A model generated the notes under the pieces. That model saw only the letters and a program-made list of their open reading frames with translations, made no database searches and had not been told where the DNA came from. Positions 39,119-47,852 of a stretch of DNA of 52,489 nucleotides are shown piece after piece (positions within the stretch are counted from its first letter, which is position 1; every line of letters begins with the position of its first letter). Made by a program: the position numbers and the translations under genes. The stretch comes from Candidatus Heimdallarchaeota archaeon. Its GTDB lineage: Archaea; Asgardarchaeota; Heimdallarchaeia; Hodarchaeales; Hodarchaeaceae. The stretch spans positions 3,108,943 through 3,161,431 of the forward strand of contig CP070695.1 of assembly GCA_020353515.1 (NCBI GenBank), given 5' to 3'.

Positions 39119-39391
39119 CTATTTGATTTCTTCTGTTGTTTGGGATTGAGTTAGTTTCCATACGATGTTTGTTCTCTCTCCACTTTGATTTGGAACGACT
39201 TTATATGTTACTTTTCCCTCTACTCGCATCTGAGTCAATACCATTGGTATACGATCTGCACAGTCTTGGTTGAACATACTGACTTGTTCAATAATTTCAG
39301 TTGTAGTCGCCTCTCCTAGATCATTTAATACCAGTTCAATCCACTTTTCAGTACCAGAGAGGTTTTCTTCTGATTCCAAACCTCGTTTCAC
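39119..39391 (-). CDS. Small winged-helix protein
   Basis: VLNDLGEATTTEII...VLTQMRVEGKV.Y...IVWKL wHTH pattern. Confidence 0.6.
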   Translation of the reverse strand: MKRGLESEENLSGTEKWIELVLNDLGEATTTEIIEQVSMFNQDCADRIPMVLTQMRVEGKVTYKVVPNQSGERTNIVWKLTQSQTTEEIK

Positions 39392-39467
39392 CCAAGCTAA
39401 TAATAAGCTGATTTCTTCGAATCAATATAAAAAGGGTATCAATTAAAATATCAAGTGTTATTGTCTC

Positions 39468-39486
39468 TATTGGAACCTTTCCAATA
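39468..39486. promoter_or_regulatory. Perfect 8-bp inverted repeat, candidate operator between the wHTH and GTPase genes
   Basis: TATTGGAA-cct-TTCCAATA. Confidence 0.4.
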
Positions 39487-39575
39487 TTACTAAGAAAAGC
39501 TTTTGAATTGGTTCTAGATACAACCCATTAATCAACATTGATCAAGTAACATTTCAATAATCTGGAGATAGTGGT

Positions 39576-40136
39576 TTGCCTAAACGTAAGGAAATCAAAC
39601 ACATTCTGAAACTTTTACTCTTAGGTGACGGAGCGGTAGGGAAAACATCATTGATTTTACGCTTTATTGAAAATAGGTTTCGAGAAGAATATAGTATGAG
39701 TTTAGGAGTTGATTTCTTAACAAAAACAGTCCAATTTATTGATGAAAATAATAATCAACGGACTGTTTCGTTGCAAGTCTGGGACATTGCAGGACAAGCT
39801 CGACATGTTTCATACTCTCATCTTTACCTAACAGGAGCTTCAGGCGCACTTTATGTGTTTGATTTGACACGACGAGAAACACTTCTTCATATGCAGGAAA
39901 GATGGCAATCACAAGTATTGAGAGTCTCTCCACAGTGTTTATCAATTCTTATTGGAAATAAAGCCGATTTAACTAAAGCGCGAGCATTAACTGAAGCTCA
40001 AACTAAAAGAGTTCTAGAGGCCATGCGTGTTATTGATTATATCGAAACCTCTGCAAAAACAGGAAAAAACGTTAATGAAGCTTTTCAAACCATGACGACG
40101 AGAATATTGAACGTTACTGCGAAGAAATTTTTATGA
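39576..40136 (+). CDS. Rab-like small GTPase (Ras superfamily)
   Basis: G1 GDGAVGKTS, switch I YSMSLGVDF, G3 WDIAGQ, G4 NKAD, G5 ETSAK; TTG start with GGAG SD; no C-terminal Cys. Confidence 0.93.
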   Translation: MPKRKEIKHILKLLLLGDGAVGKTSLILRFIENRFREEYSMSLGVDFLTKTVQFIDENNNQRTVSLQVWDIAGQARHVSYSHLYLTGASGALYVFDLTRRETLLHMQERWQSQVLRVSPQCLSILIGNKADLTKARALTEAQTKRVLEAMRVIDYIETSAKTGKNVNEAFQTMTTRILNVTAKKFL

Positions 40137-40145
40137 GGATTATCC

Positions 40146-40916
40146 ATGTCTTTAGAGAAGTTCAAAGCAGTTAAAGCTTTTTTTATCTTCCAAAAAGAAA
40201 CAGGAAGCACATTATTTACTCGATCTTATGAGACTCAAGATACAAAGACTCCAGATGCACATCTAGTAGTAGCTTTTTTGACAGCTATGTTCTCTTTCGC
40301 TAAATCATCATCTTTAAGTGATCTTCGAGTTGTAGATATGACTGATCTTCGCTTTTCGTTCATTGAAAGAGGTGGTTTAGTTTTTGCTATCTTGGCATCA
40401 CCTCTCGTTAGTCCTTTAGACTTACAGTTTAAATTGACCACCATAGGAAGTCTATTTTTAGCAGAATATGGATCAACAGTTGATGAAATGCAACTCGTTG
40501 ATACAGAGATCTTTGATAAATTCACAAGTCATGTTGATGAAGTATTCTTAGGCGAAACCCGTGAAATGCTGACCAGTTCAAAAAATGCAGCTCTTTTCTA
40601 CCTTAAAAAATTGGTACAAGACAAGAATATTGGGGCGCGAGGAGCCATGATTGTTTCGTTTACTGGGGATATATTAGTTGAATACAAAATGGATCAAAAA
40701 CGTATGGCAGGAGCCATCCGCTTGTTAAACGTATCAACTTATATGAGGAATTTACGATATTTAGTAGTTTCTTCAGAAGCAACTAATTTGGTTGCTTATA
40801 AAATTAGCGAAGGACTTCTACTTTATGTAGATGGGAATCCTGACATAGGACTTGAAAGTCTTGTTGTTAAAGTCTCCGATACAGTTAGACAGGTTAAAGA
40901 GATCATCCCTCATTAA
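40146..40916 (+). CDS. Longin-like domain fused to roadblock/LC7 (MglB/LAMTOR-like) domain
   Basis: N-part FFIFQKETGSTLFTRSY...LVVAFLTAMFSFAK...LTTIGSLFLAEY...FDKF; C-part GARGAMIVSFTGDIL...LRYLVVSSEATNLVAYKISEGLLLYV..NPDIGLESL; 9 bp after the GTPase, GAGG SD. Confidence 0.75.
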   Translation: MSLEKFKAVKAFFIFQKETGSTLFTRSYETQDTKTPDAHLVVAFLTAMFSFAKSSSLSDLRVVDMTDLRFSFIERGGLVFAILASPLVSPLDLQFKLTTIGSLFLAEYGSTVDEMQLVDTEIFDKFTSHVDEVFLGETREMLTSSKNAALFYLKKLVQDKNIGARGAMIVSFTGDILVEYKMDQKRMAGAIRLLNVSTYMRNLRYLVVSSEATNLVAYKISEGLLLYVDGNPDIGLESLVVKVSDTVRQVKEIIPH

Positions 40917-40953
40917 AAGTTTTAGAGAATTCTTCGATAAGCGAGACGATTTT

Positions 40954-41421
40954 TTGACATACTTTAGGATTGCGAAAGAAGGAGATCTTCCCTATATTGA
41001 AAAAATTATTCATGAGGCATATCAACCTATTTTGGAAGCATTGTCACGACCACCAGGAGCACTAGAAAGCACTGAGGAAAAATTAAGGGACGCTCACAGA
41101 AATAACCAACTATATGGAATATATAAAGTAAAAGAAGGCCTGATTGGGACTTTTACTTTAATTCCTACAAATAGAAAAACTGTAAAGATTTCTCATTTTG
41201 CTATCAAACCTCATTTCCAAAATCAAGGTATAGGGAGTATGGTTCTTCAAGAATTAGTTAAAATGATCCAATTTCATATGCCTAAAGTAAATTCAATTTA
41301 CCTAGAGATCTATTCAAAGATTCCAAGCCATTATCAATTCTATAAACGATTTGGATTTTCTAAAATCGGAGAAAAACATATCAGAGGGGAAACAATTTTA
41401 ATTCTTTCTAAATCACTGTGA
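40954..41421 (+). CDS. GNAT N-acetyltransferase (start probably TTG 40954)
   Basis: ISHFAIKPHFQNQGIGS, FYKRFGF. Confidence 0.85.
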   Translation: MTYFRIAKEGDLPYIEKIIHEAYQPILEALSRPPGALESTEEKLRDAHRNNQLYGIYKVKEGLIGTFTLIPTNRKTVKISHFAIKPHFQNQGIGSMVLQELVKMIQFHMPKVNSIYLEIYSKIPSHYQFYKRFGFSKIGEKHIRGETILILSKSL

Positions 41422-41563
41422 TTTGGTCATAGGTCCTTCCAGTCATAAGTAAAGAATAATCTGGAAGAAATTACATCTTATTCCTTGGTATCAAGTTAAC
41501 TATACAAAATTATAAGTGTTAAAGCCCTGATAAAGGGCAACACCCAATTTAGGATGAATTTAA

Positions 41564-42643
41564 ATGTTAGAAAATGATTTCGAAGGCATAAAAAAACTTC
41601 AAAGGCAATTATCAGAACTTATAGGAGTCAGTGGATATGAGAAACCTGTCATTGACTTTATTTATGGTCAAATTGAGGGCTTAGTAGATAAAACATGGAT
41701 TGATCCTCTTGGATCGCTTTTAGCTATTATAGAAGGGAAAGGAGGTAAAGAACGCATAATGATCGATGGCCATGTTGATGAGATTGGATTTATGGTTAGT
41801 TATATTGATCCGAAAGGATTCCTTCGGTTCGTACCAATAGGAGGATGGGATTCTAGAACACTCCTAGCTCAATCTGTAAAGGTTCTTGCAAATGATAATA
41901 ATGAATTTCATGGGATAATAGGTTCGAAACCTCCTCATTTAACAACTGAAAGTGAAAGGAAGAACGCAGTAAAGATAAGTGATATGTACATTGACATAGG
42001 TATGTCTACAAAAGACGCAGTAATATCTAATGGAATTCAAATAGGATCTGTTGGGACTCTCTACGATCCTTTTGTAGAATTCCCAAACAACATGGTTAAA
42101 GGTAAAGCTTTTGATGATAGAACTGCTGTTAATGTGTTAATTCATTTAATTAAAGAATTTTCAGTAAACCGTCCTTCTGACACACTCCTTTTCAGTTTTT
42201 CTACCCAGGAGGAAGTTGGTGGAAGAGGTGCTGGAGCCGCAGCATTCACTTTAGAACCTACAATGGCCTTAGCCATTGAGAATACCACTGCTGCAGATGT
42301 TCCAGGAATAAAAGATTCTGAGTGTCCTGCATACATTGGAAAGGGGCCTGCGATCTCTGTAGCAGATAGAAGTATGATTGCTCATCCTTTTATAAACAAA
42401 CGTCTAATAGATAACGCCAAACACGAAAATATCCCATACCATATAAAAAAACCAATTTTTGGTGGAACAAACGCTGGAAGAATCCATCAATCAAGAGGTG
42501 GGGTACCTTCTTCAGTTGTATCAGTTCCTTGCCGATATATTCACTCCCCGACATCTTTGTTATCATTGGAGGATATCCATCATACGATTGCTCTTGTATC
42601 AGCTTTTATTCGCAATCCAGCAAAGGTTCATTTTAACCAGTAG
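41564..42643 (+). CDS. M42 family (TET) aminopeptidase
   Basis: GVSGYE, GHVDEIG, GKAFDDR, QEEVGGRGA, GGTNAG, PCRYIHSP. Confidence 0.95.
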   Translation: MLENDFEGIKKLQRQLSELIGVSGYEKPVIDFIYGQIEGLVDKTWIDPLGSLLAIIEGKGGKERIMIDGHVDEIGFMVSYIDPKGFLRFVPIGGWDSRTLLAQSVKVLANDNNEFHGIIGSKPPHLTTESERKNAVKISDMYIDIGMSTKDAVISNGIQIGSVGTLYDPFVEFPNNMVKGKAFDDRTAVNVLIHLIKEFSVNRPSDTLLFSFSTQEEVGGRGAGAAAFTLEPTMALAIENTTAADVPGIKDSECPAYIGKGPAISVADRSMIAHPFINKRLIDNAKHENIPYHIKKPIFGGTNAGRIHQSRGGVPSSVVSVPCRYIHSPTSLLSLEDIHHTIALVSAFIRNPAKVHFNQ

Positions 42644-42745
42644 ATCCTTCCTTTCTTAAGCGAAAGTAATTCATGACTAAATACCCTTATATGTTTGTGT
42701 TCAGTATCAAGACTAGAATCAAATATTTGATATTTTGGGAGCAGA

Positions 42746-45127
42746 ATGTCTGAAGAACCATTGAAAGATCTTAAAAGTCTTAAATCAAAGGATAAGGATC
42801 TTCAATGGACTGCAATCAATAATCTGCGGAAATACTTGCAGACAAATCCGAACCCCACGGATTTTCGTTTCCGAATGATTGTCAAATCAATTTTACCTTT
42901 CACCAAGGCTGCGGAAGACAACATCCGAGAAAATGCACTAGTCACCATATTAGAAGCTATTCCAGATGATAAAAATGCCGAATCCTTGGTCAGTTCAGCT
43001 CTTGCAGATCCTAGTCCTGGGATTCGTTCGTTAGCCTTGGAATGGCTTAGTAACAGGAGTCACCCCCAATTAAGAACACAAGTGATTAAATTCTTAGGTG
43101 ATCCAGCAGAAATTGTCCGAAAAACCGCAATGGACCTTGTTGTAACACACCAAATCGAGGGAGTAGAAACAAAATTACTGCAATTATTAGAATCCGAATC
43201 GGGTGGGCTTCGTAGATCGATAATATATGCTCTAGGCAAGCTAAAAACACCTAGAGCTATTGGAACACTCGTTGAAATTATGCGTAACCCAAATTATGAT
43301 GATTGGACAAGAAATCAAGCTGGTTCGGCTTTAGAACATTTGGGAGGACGAGAACTCATTATACCGTTTATAGAAAATCTTGCAGATCCTAACGAGTATG
43401 TTCGAGAAACAGCAGCAGCTTTTCTTAGTAAGAATGAACAGGAAATTATCTCTACAGTTATGTCTAAAGGTAAAATTGACCTGATCGCTTTACTTCAACA
43501 TGGCTCGGATACGACAAAACAAAACTTTGACTCCTTAGTTTCAACACTTAGTACTCAGATGGCTTTTGCGATTAAAGACCTTCAATCACGATTGATGACA
43601 AAAGACAAAGTCGTATTATCAGAACTTGCAGACGAATTAACTTCCAATTTTATCGCAGTGAAGATTTTAATAGAGAAAATCTTAGATTTAAGGTTGATTC
43701 CACTTACTGATGACATTTATCTTACCGAAACAGGTCTGAAAAGAGAATTGAAATCAAAATTTGTTGAAATTTCTTCTATCCACGTTCCTACTCTTAAAGA
43801 GGTTGATCCATTCAGTCAAATTTCCACTGAAATGTTAGAACAAATAATTTCAACAATGTCAGGTATCTCTCAAGTCAGTTCTGGACTATATCTAAAAGAT
43901 GAGATTTATTCCAAAATTAAATCCGAATTTGAAGAAACTGGTGTCCTCAAACCTCCAATTATTGCTGAAGAGATCAATATCTCCGAAGAACTGGTTAAGA
44001 ATGAGTTAATTCCAATTTTAAATCCTTCCAAAGACGGATGGTATAACTCTCACAATGAATATTTCACCTTAAAATTCCTGCAAGACCAATTAAATGAACA
44101 AATTAGAGAATTTAGTATTATTTCTCTTCGTAACTTCTTATCTCAAATAGGAAATCCAAAAATTGAACTTTCTAGATTGAAAGATATTATTAATGAACAT
44201 TATCAAGGAGTTTGGTTGGAAGACATCGATGTTTTTCTTGAGCATGTGGAATTTCAGAAGCTCAGGGAGGATTCAACTCGGATTGACGAATCACGAGTTC
44301 AACATCTTCTTAATCACATTGCTCTAGATTTTCCCAGTTTTCTCAAAAATCTGCAAAAAAAATTAGAAATACAAACTTATCAAGCAAGTGATGGTCAATT
44401 AGTAACTTTAGAGAACCTTCATCCTCATCTTCAACAACGCATCCTTAGTAAGGGGTATATCTCTATTCCTGAATTTCTAAGAGAAATTAAGCTAGATAAA
44501 ATGGCAACCACTGTTAGGCCTATCATTCTAGATTATATAACCCAAGAATTTAGCGGCAGTACAACACCTGACACGGATTTCTTCTTCACTGAAGATCTTA
44601 TCGCTGATGTTACTAAAGAGGTTGAAGCTAAAGCCCGTATTAATTTCAATGTTCTTGCTTTTAAAATGGATTTAGCCACAGAAGTTCTAGCATTAATAAT
44701 AAATCAAATCCTCTTTATCAGAGGATTTATTAATACGATAGGAGAGTTTGTGACTGAGGAAGGCATTAATCAGGAAATTAAAGGAATTCTAGAATATCGG
44801 GAAGAATTTACACTTCAAGAATTGTTCGAAATCCTCGAAATCGTCAAGGATAAGAAAAATGAGTTAATTGTACGTGATCTTATTTCAGATGATAGCAATT
44901 TATTGATTTCTTTTGACGATGAGGTTGTTGTTACACAGAAAAAAGCTCTCACTAAAGTCATTGATTATGTGAAGAGTCCTGTTCAACAAACTAAAGAAAT
45001 AGTCTCTTGGGAAGAAATCAGTCGTAACACAAACGTTTCTAATATTGATGTTAAAACCATTTTAGAATCTTTAATTCATAACAATCTCTTGTCAGGTACA
45101 CTAGTAGATAAAGGATATCGGCTATAG
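42746..45127 (+). CDS. HEAT (PBS-lyase-like) repeat protein with C-terminal tandem winged-helix array
   Basis: LADPSPGIR, LGDPAEIVR, LADPNEYVR HEAT motifs; repeated G/D-x-Y/F-x-T...I..L...I....L units; terminal LI.NNLLSGTL. Confidence 0.7.
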   Translation: MSEEPLKDLKSLKSKDKDLQWTAINNLRKYLQTNPNPTDFRFRMIVKSILPFTKAAEDNIRENALVTILEAIPDDKNAESLVSSALADPSPGIRSLALEWLSNRSHPQLRTQVIKFLGDPAEIVRKTAMDLVVTHQIEGVETKLLQLLESESGGLRRSIIYALGKLKTPRAIGTLVEIMRNPNYDDWTRNQAGSALEHLGGRELIIPFIENLADPNEYVRETAAAFLSKNEQEIISTVMSKGKIDLIALLQHGSDTTKQNFDSLVSTLSTQMAFAIKDLQSRLMTKDKVVLSELADELTSNFIAVKILIEKILDLRLIPLTDDIYLTETGLKRELKSKFVEISSIHVPTLKEVDPFSQISTEMLEQIISTMSGISQVSSGLYLKDEIYSKIKSEFEETGVLKPPIIAEEINISEELVKNELIPILNPSKDGWYNSHNEYFTLKFLQDQLNEQIREFSIISLRNFLSQIGNPKIELSRLKDIINEHYQGVWLEDIDVFLEHVEFQKLREDSTRIDESRVQHLLNHIALDFPSFLKNLQKKLEIQTYQASDGQLVTLENLHPHLQQRILSKGYISIPEFLREIKLDKMATTVRPIILDYITQEFSGSTTPDTDFFFTEDLIADVTKEVEAKARINFNVLAFKMDLATEVLALIINQILFIRGFINTIGEFVTEEGINQEIKGILEYREEFTLQELFEILEIVKDKKNELIVRDLISDDSNLLISFDDEVVVTQKKALTKVIDYVKSPVQQTKEIVSWEEISRNTNVSNIDVKTILESLIHNNLLSGTLVDKGYRL

Positions 45128-45161
45128 ATTCGTTTCTAAAGCACTATAGGATTGCAACAGA

Positions 45162-45869
45162 ATGTCTCAACCATTACGGATAATTGTCGATCACAGAGAA
45201 CCAGATAAACTTAAAAAACGACTAGATAAACTTGGAATGGAGGTTAAAGAACAACAACTTGAGATTGCTGATTATATTATATCAGATCAAGTTGCCTGTG
45301 AGAGAAAAACAGGAACGGATTTGATTACTTCAATTATGGATAATCGGCTATTTGAACAGATTGAACGGTTAATAGAAACCTATCCGCAACCAATTCTCCT
45401 TTTGGAAGATTTACCCTCTGCTTTCGAAAGAACTGAATGGAAAAAAAGAAAAAAACATGTTTATGGGGCATTAACTTATATTTTTTTGCGTAGACAATTA
45501 CCTATTATACCAACTTCCCAGATGAGCGAAACTGCTATTGCTTTAAACCGTATTGCATCCTGGGTTCAAGAGGATCATGATGATCCAATCATTGCTCGAA
45601 AATCTCCAAAAACACGATCTCTAAGTGATAATCAAATATTTTTCCTACAGGGATTGCAGAATACTGGCCAAAAAAAGGCAAAAGCTTTACTCAAGGCTTT
45701 TGATAGGTCACCAATTAACGTTATAAACGCTATTCTTAATTCAAAAGTGGTTTATACGAGAACAGGAAATCCCAAAGGTATTGAGGGGGCTTTCGAAAAC
45801 CTTGAGGGATTCGGGCCAAAATATCTCCTAAAAAATCAAGAACTTTTAAGTTTAAAAGAAAAAAAGTAA
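45162..45869 (+). CDS. xpf: ERCC4-domain structure-specific endonuclease (short XPF/Mus81 type, no helicase)
   Basis: IIVDHRE, ADYIIS...ERKT..DL..SI.D.RLFEQ, C-terminal HhH-like LQGLQNTGQKKAKALL and LEGFGPK. Confidence 0.88.
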   Translation: MSQPLRIIVDHREPDKLKKRLDKLGMEVKEQQLEIADYIISDQVACERKTGTDLITSIMDNRLFEQIERLIETYPQPILLLEDLPSAFERTEWKKRKKHVYGALTYIFLRRQLPIIPTSQMSETAIALNRIASWVQEDHDDPIIARKSPKTRSLSDNQIFFLQGLQNTGQKKAKALLKAFDRSPINVINAILNSKVVYTRTGNPKGIEGAFENLEGFGPKYLLKNQELLSLKEKK

Positions 45870-45940
45870 TAGCAGATCTCATTTTCACTTATTTTTGATT
45901 TGAATAATTAAATGTAATTCATTAATAAAGAAACAGGAAC

Positions 45941-46165
45941 TTAACACCATAGATTTGGATCAATTAGATCATTAAGAATACAACCAGGTGGTAAGGATCT
46001 TCTACAAATCGATAACCATAGGCAATCTGGTTCACAATATGGGTGAGGAGTAAATGACAATTTCTCTTTTGCCTTTTGTAACTCCTTAAGTAATAATCTT
46101 TTTGTAGAGATTCCTCTAGATGAAGATTCAGAATAAAGGAAAAAATAGTCGGAACCCATACACAT
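45941..46165 (-). CDS. Small Cys-rich hypothetical protein
   Basis: 74-aa ORF filling an intergenic gap, C-x3-C-x5-C-x7-C plus a terminal Cys. Confidence 0.4.
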   Translation of the reverse strand: MCMGSDYFFLYSESSSRGISTKRLLLKELQKAKEKLSFTPHPYCEPDCLWLSICRRSLPPGCILNDLIDPNLWC

Positions 46166-46269
46166 TCATTTTATCAACAGGTTTAATACTCTTTATAAAA
46201 GCTTCTATGACCTTTATATAGGTAATTGAAGAGGGAGATCTCCGAAAATGACGAAAATGAATAGACAAT

Positions 46270-47067
46270 TCAGTCGTAACTATAACTAAGATCAGGAAAC
46301 TTCCCTTCTCGGACTTCCTGATTATACTCTTGTACTGCTTTTAACACATGTTCTTTTAGGTTAATATACCTTTTAACAAATTTTGCATTAAAATCGAAAT
46401 AACCGAGCATATCATAAGTGACTAATACTTGTCCATCGCAATATGGTCCTGCTCCGATACCAATAGTAGGGATCGAAAGAACTTCTGTAATCTTCTTAGC
46501 CACTTTCCATGGAATGGCCTCTAATACAAGAGAGAAGATACCTGCTTCCTCAAGGCTTTTCGATTCTTCAAGAAGGTAATTTGCTGCCTCTTCAGTGCGA
46601 CCTTGGACTTTAAAACCTCCAAATTTATGAATCGATTGTGGAGTGAGACCTAAGTGGCCCATTACTGGAATGCCTGCATTTAGTATTCCTCGTACCGCTG
46701 TGCATCGTTCGCTGCCTCCTTCTAGCTTTATTGTTTCTGCGTTTCCTTTTTTAACTAATTTAATTGCATTACGAACGGCTTCTTCAGCAGAAACTTGAAA
46801 TGTTCCAAAAGGAAGATCACCAATGACCATGGCTTGATTTGCTCCTCGTGCTACTGCTTGTGTATGTCGAATCGAATCCTCTAAGGTTACAGGCAGAGTA
46901 GTTGGATTACCATGTACTACCATGCCCATAGTATCTCCAACAAGTAACATATCCGTTCCAGCCTCATCTAATATCGACGCCATCACGTAGTCATATGCTG
47001 TAAGCATAGTAATCTTTTCCCCCTTCTCCATCATATTTAATATATCTAAAACTGTTTTTTTCTTCAT
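46270..47067 (-). CDS. panB: Ketopantoate hydroxymethyltransferase
   Basis: ITMLTAYD, LLVGD.MGM, GDLPFG, KLEGG, GHLGLTPQS, IGIGAG..CDGQVLV. Confidence 0.97.
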   Translation of the reverse strand: MKKKTVLDILNMMEKGEKITMLTAYDYVMASILDEAGTDMLLVGDTMGMVVHGNPTTLPVTLEDSIRHTQAVARGANQAMVIGDLPFGTFQVSAEEAVRNAIKLVKKGNAETIKLEGGSERCTAVRGILNAGIPVMGHLGLTPQSIHKFGGFKVQGRTEEAANYLLEESKSLEEAGIFSLVLEAIPWKVAKKITEVLSIPTIGIGAGPYCDGQVLVTYDMLGYFDFNAKFVKRYINLKEHVLKAVQEYNQEVREGKFPDLSYSYD

Positions 47068-47069
47068 TA

Positions 47070-47852
47070 TTATACCTCAAACAACTTTCTGTCACTAGCA
47101 AGCTCCTCAAGTCTGGATGACATAAATTTCAGGGCTTCTTGTAATAGTGCTTTGTTATCAAACCGTTTTTTCTCATCCTCCAGTGCCAGGCTGTTCATGT
47201 TTTTGTAGTCTTTAGCAAATGAAACCATTTCTTTAACTGCTCTTGATACATTATTTGTAATAGAAACTGTTGCCGTTAAAGAGGTTCGAGAAAGAGGATT
47301 CAAATCAACTGTAACGACATCTTTTCCTAACTTCCTCAAGGCCATCGTACGATCCCCATCCTCTAATGGAACAAAAACACAATCAGAACGCGCAATACCA
47401 CGCGAATCAACAATTCGTCGTTGATGAGAAATCTCAGGTATTGTCTCCTGCTTGCTTTGATCGACTCCGTAAATATTCTGAGCTCCAGCTTTTTCTAGAA
47501 GATTTTTGATAGCTTCTTCTCTCTCTAGTCTCCGATAGAATAGATTAATTTCGAGTGGTGCCTCTAAGATCCGACTTAATTCCACTATCTCATTTGGACA
47601 AAGGACAGCAACATTTCCATTAATTGAGATTACTGGTTCTTCTGCTTTTAATAGCGTGATAACAGCCAATTTTTCTTGTTTTAACGCAAAATCTGGAGTA
47701 TTCTCTCCTAAGATGTAGTCAAAAGCCTCTCCGCGACCGTGTGCAATTAATCCTGCCTCGGCAACAATCTTCTGATGCATTCCTTCTATAATTTTCTCAC
47801 GTGTGACTAATGATTCATAACGTGGATGATTCTTCGGAACTTCTGGTGTCAT
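47070..47852 (-). CDS. pps: 4-phosphopantoate--beta-alanine ligase (archaeal phosphopantothenate synthetase)
   Basis: HPRYESL..RE, GLIAHGRGEAFDYILGE, PVISINGN, VPLEDGDR, DLNPLSRT. Confidence 0.95.
   Translation of the reverse strand: MTPEVPKNHPRYESLVTREKIIEGMHQKIVAEAGLIAHGRGEAFDYILGENTPDFALKQEKLAVITLLKAEEPVISINGNVAVLCPNEIVELSRILEAPLEINLFYRRLEREEAIKNLLEKAGAQNIYGVDQSKQETIPEISHQRRIVDSRGIARSDCVFVPLEDGDRTMALRKLGKDVVTVDLNPLSRTSLTATVSITNNVSRAVKEMVSFAKDYKNMNSLALEDEKKRFDNKALLQEALKFMSSRLEELASDRKLFEV

Noticed and set aside
41524-41538. GCCCT-gataa-AGGGC hairpin upstream of the M42 peptidase
   Set aside because: Only a 5-bp stem with no recognisable riboswitch or sRNA context
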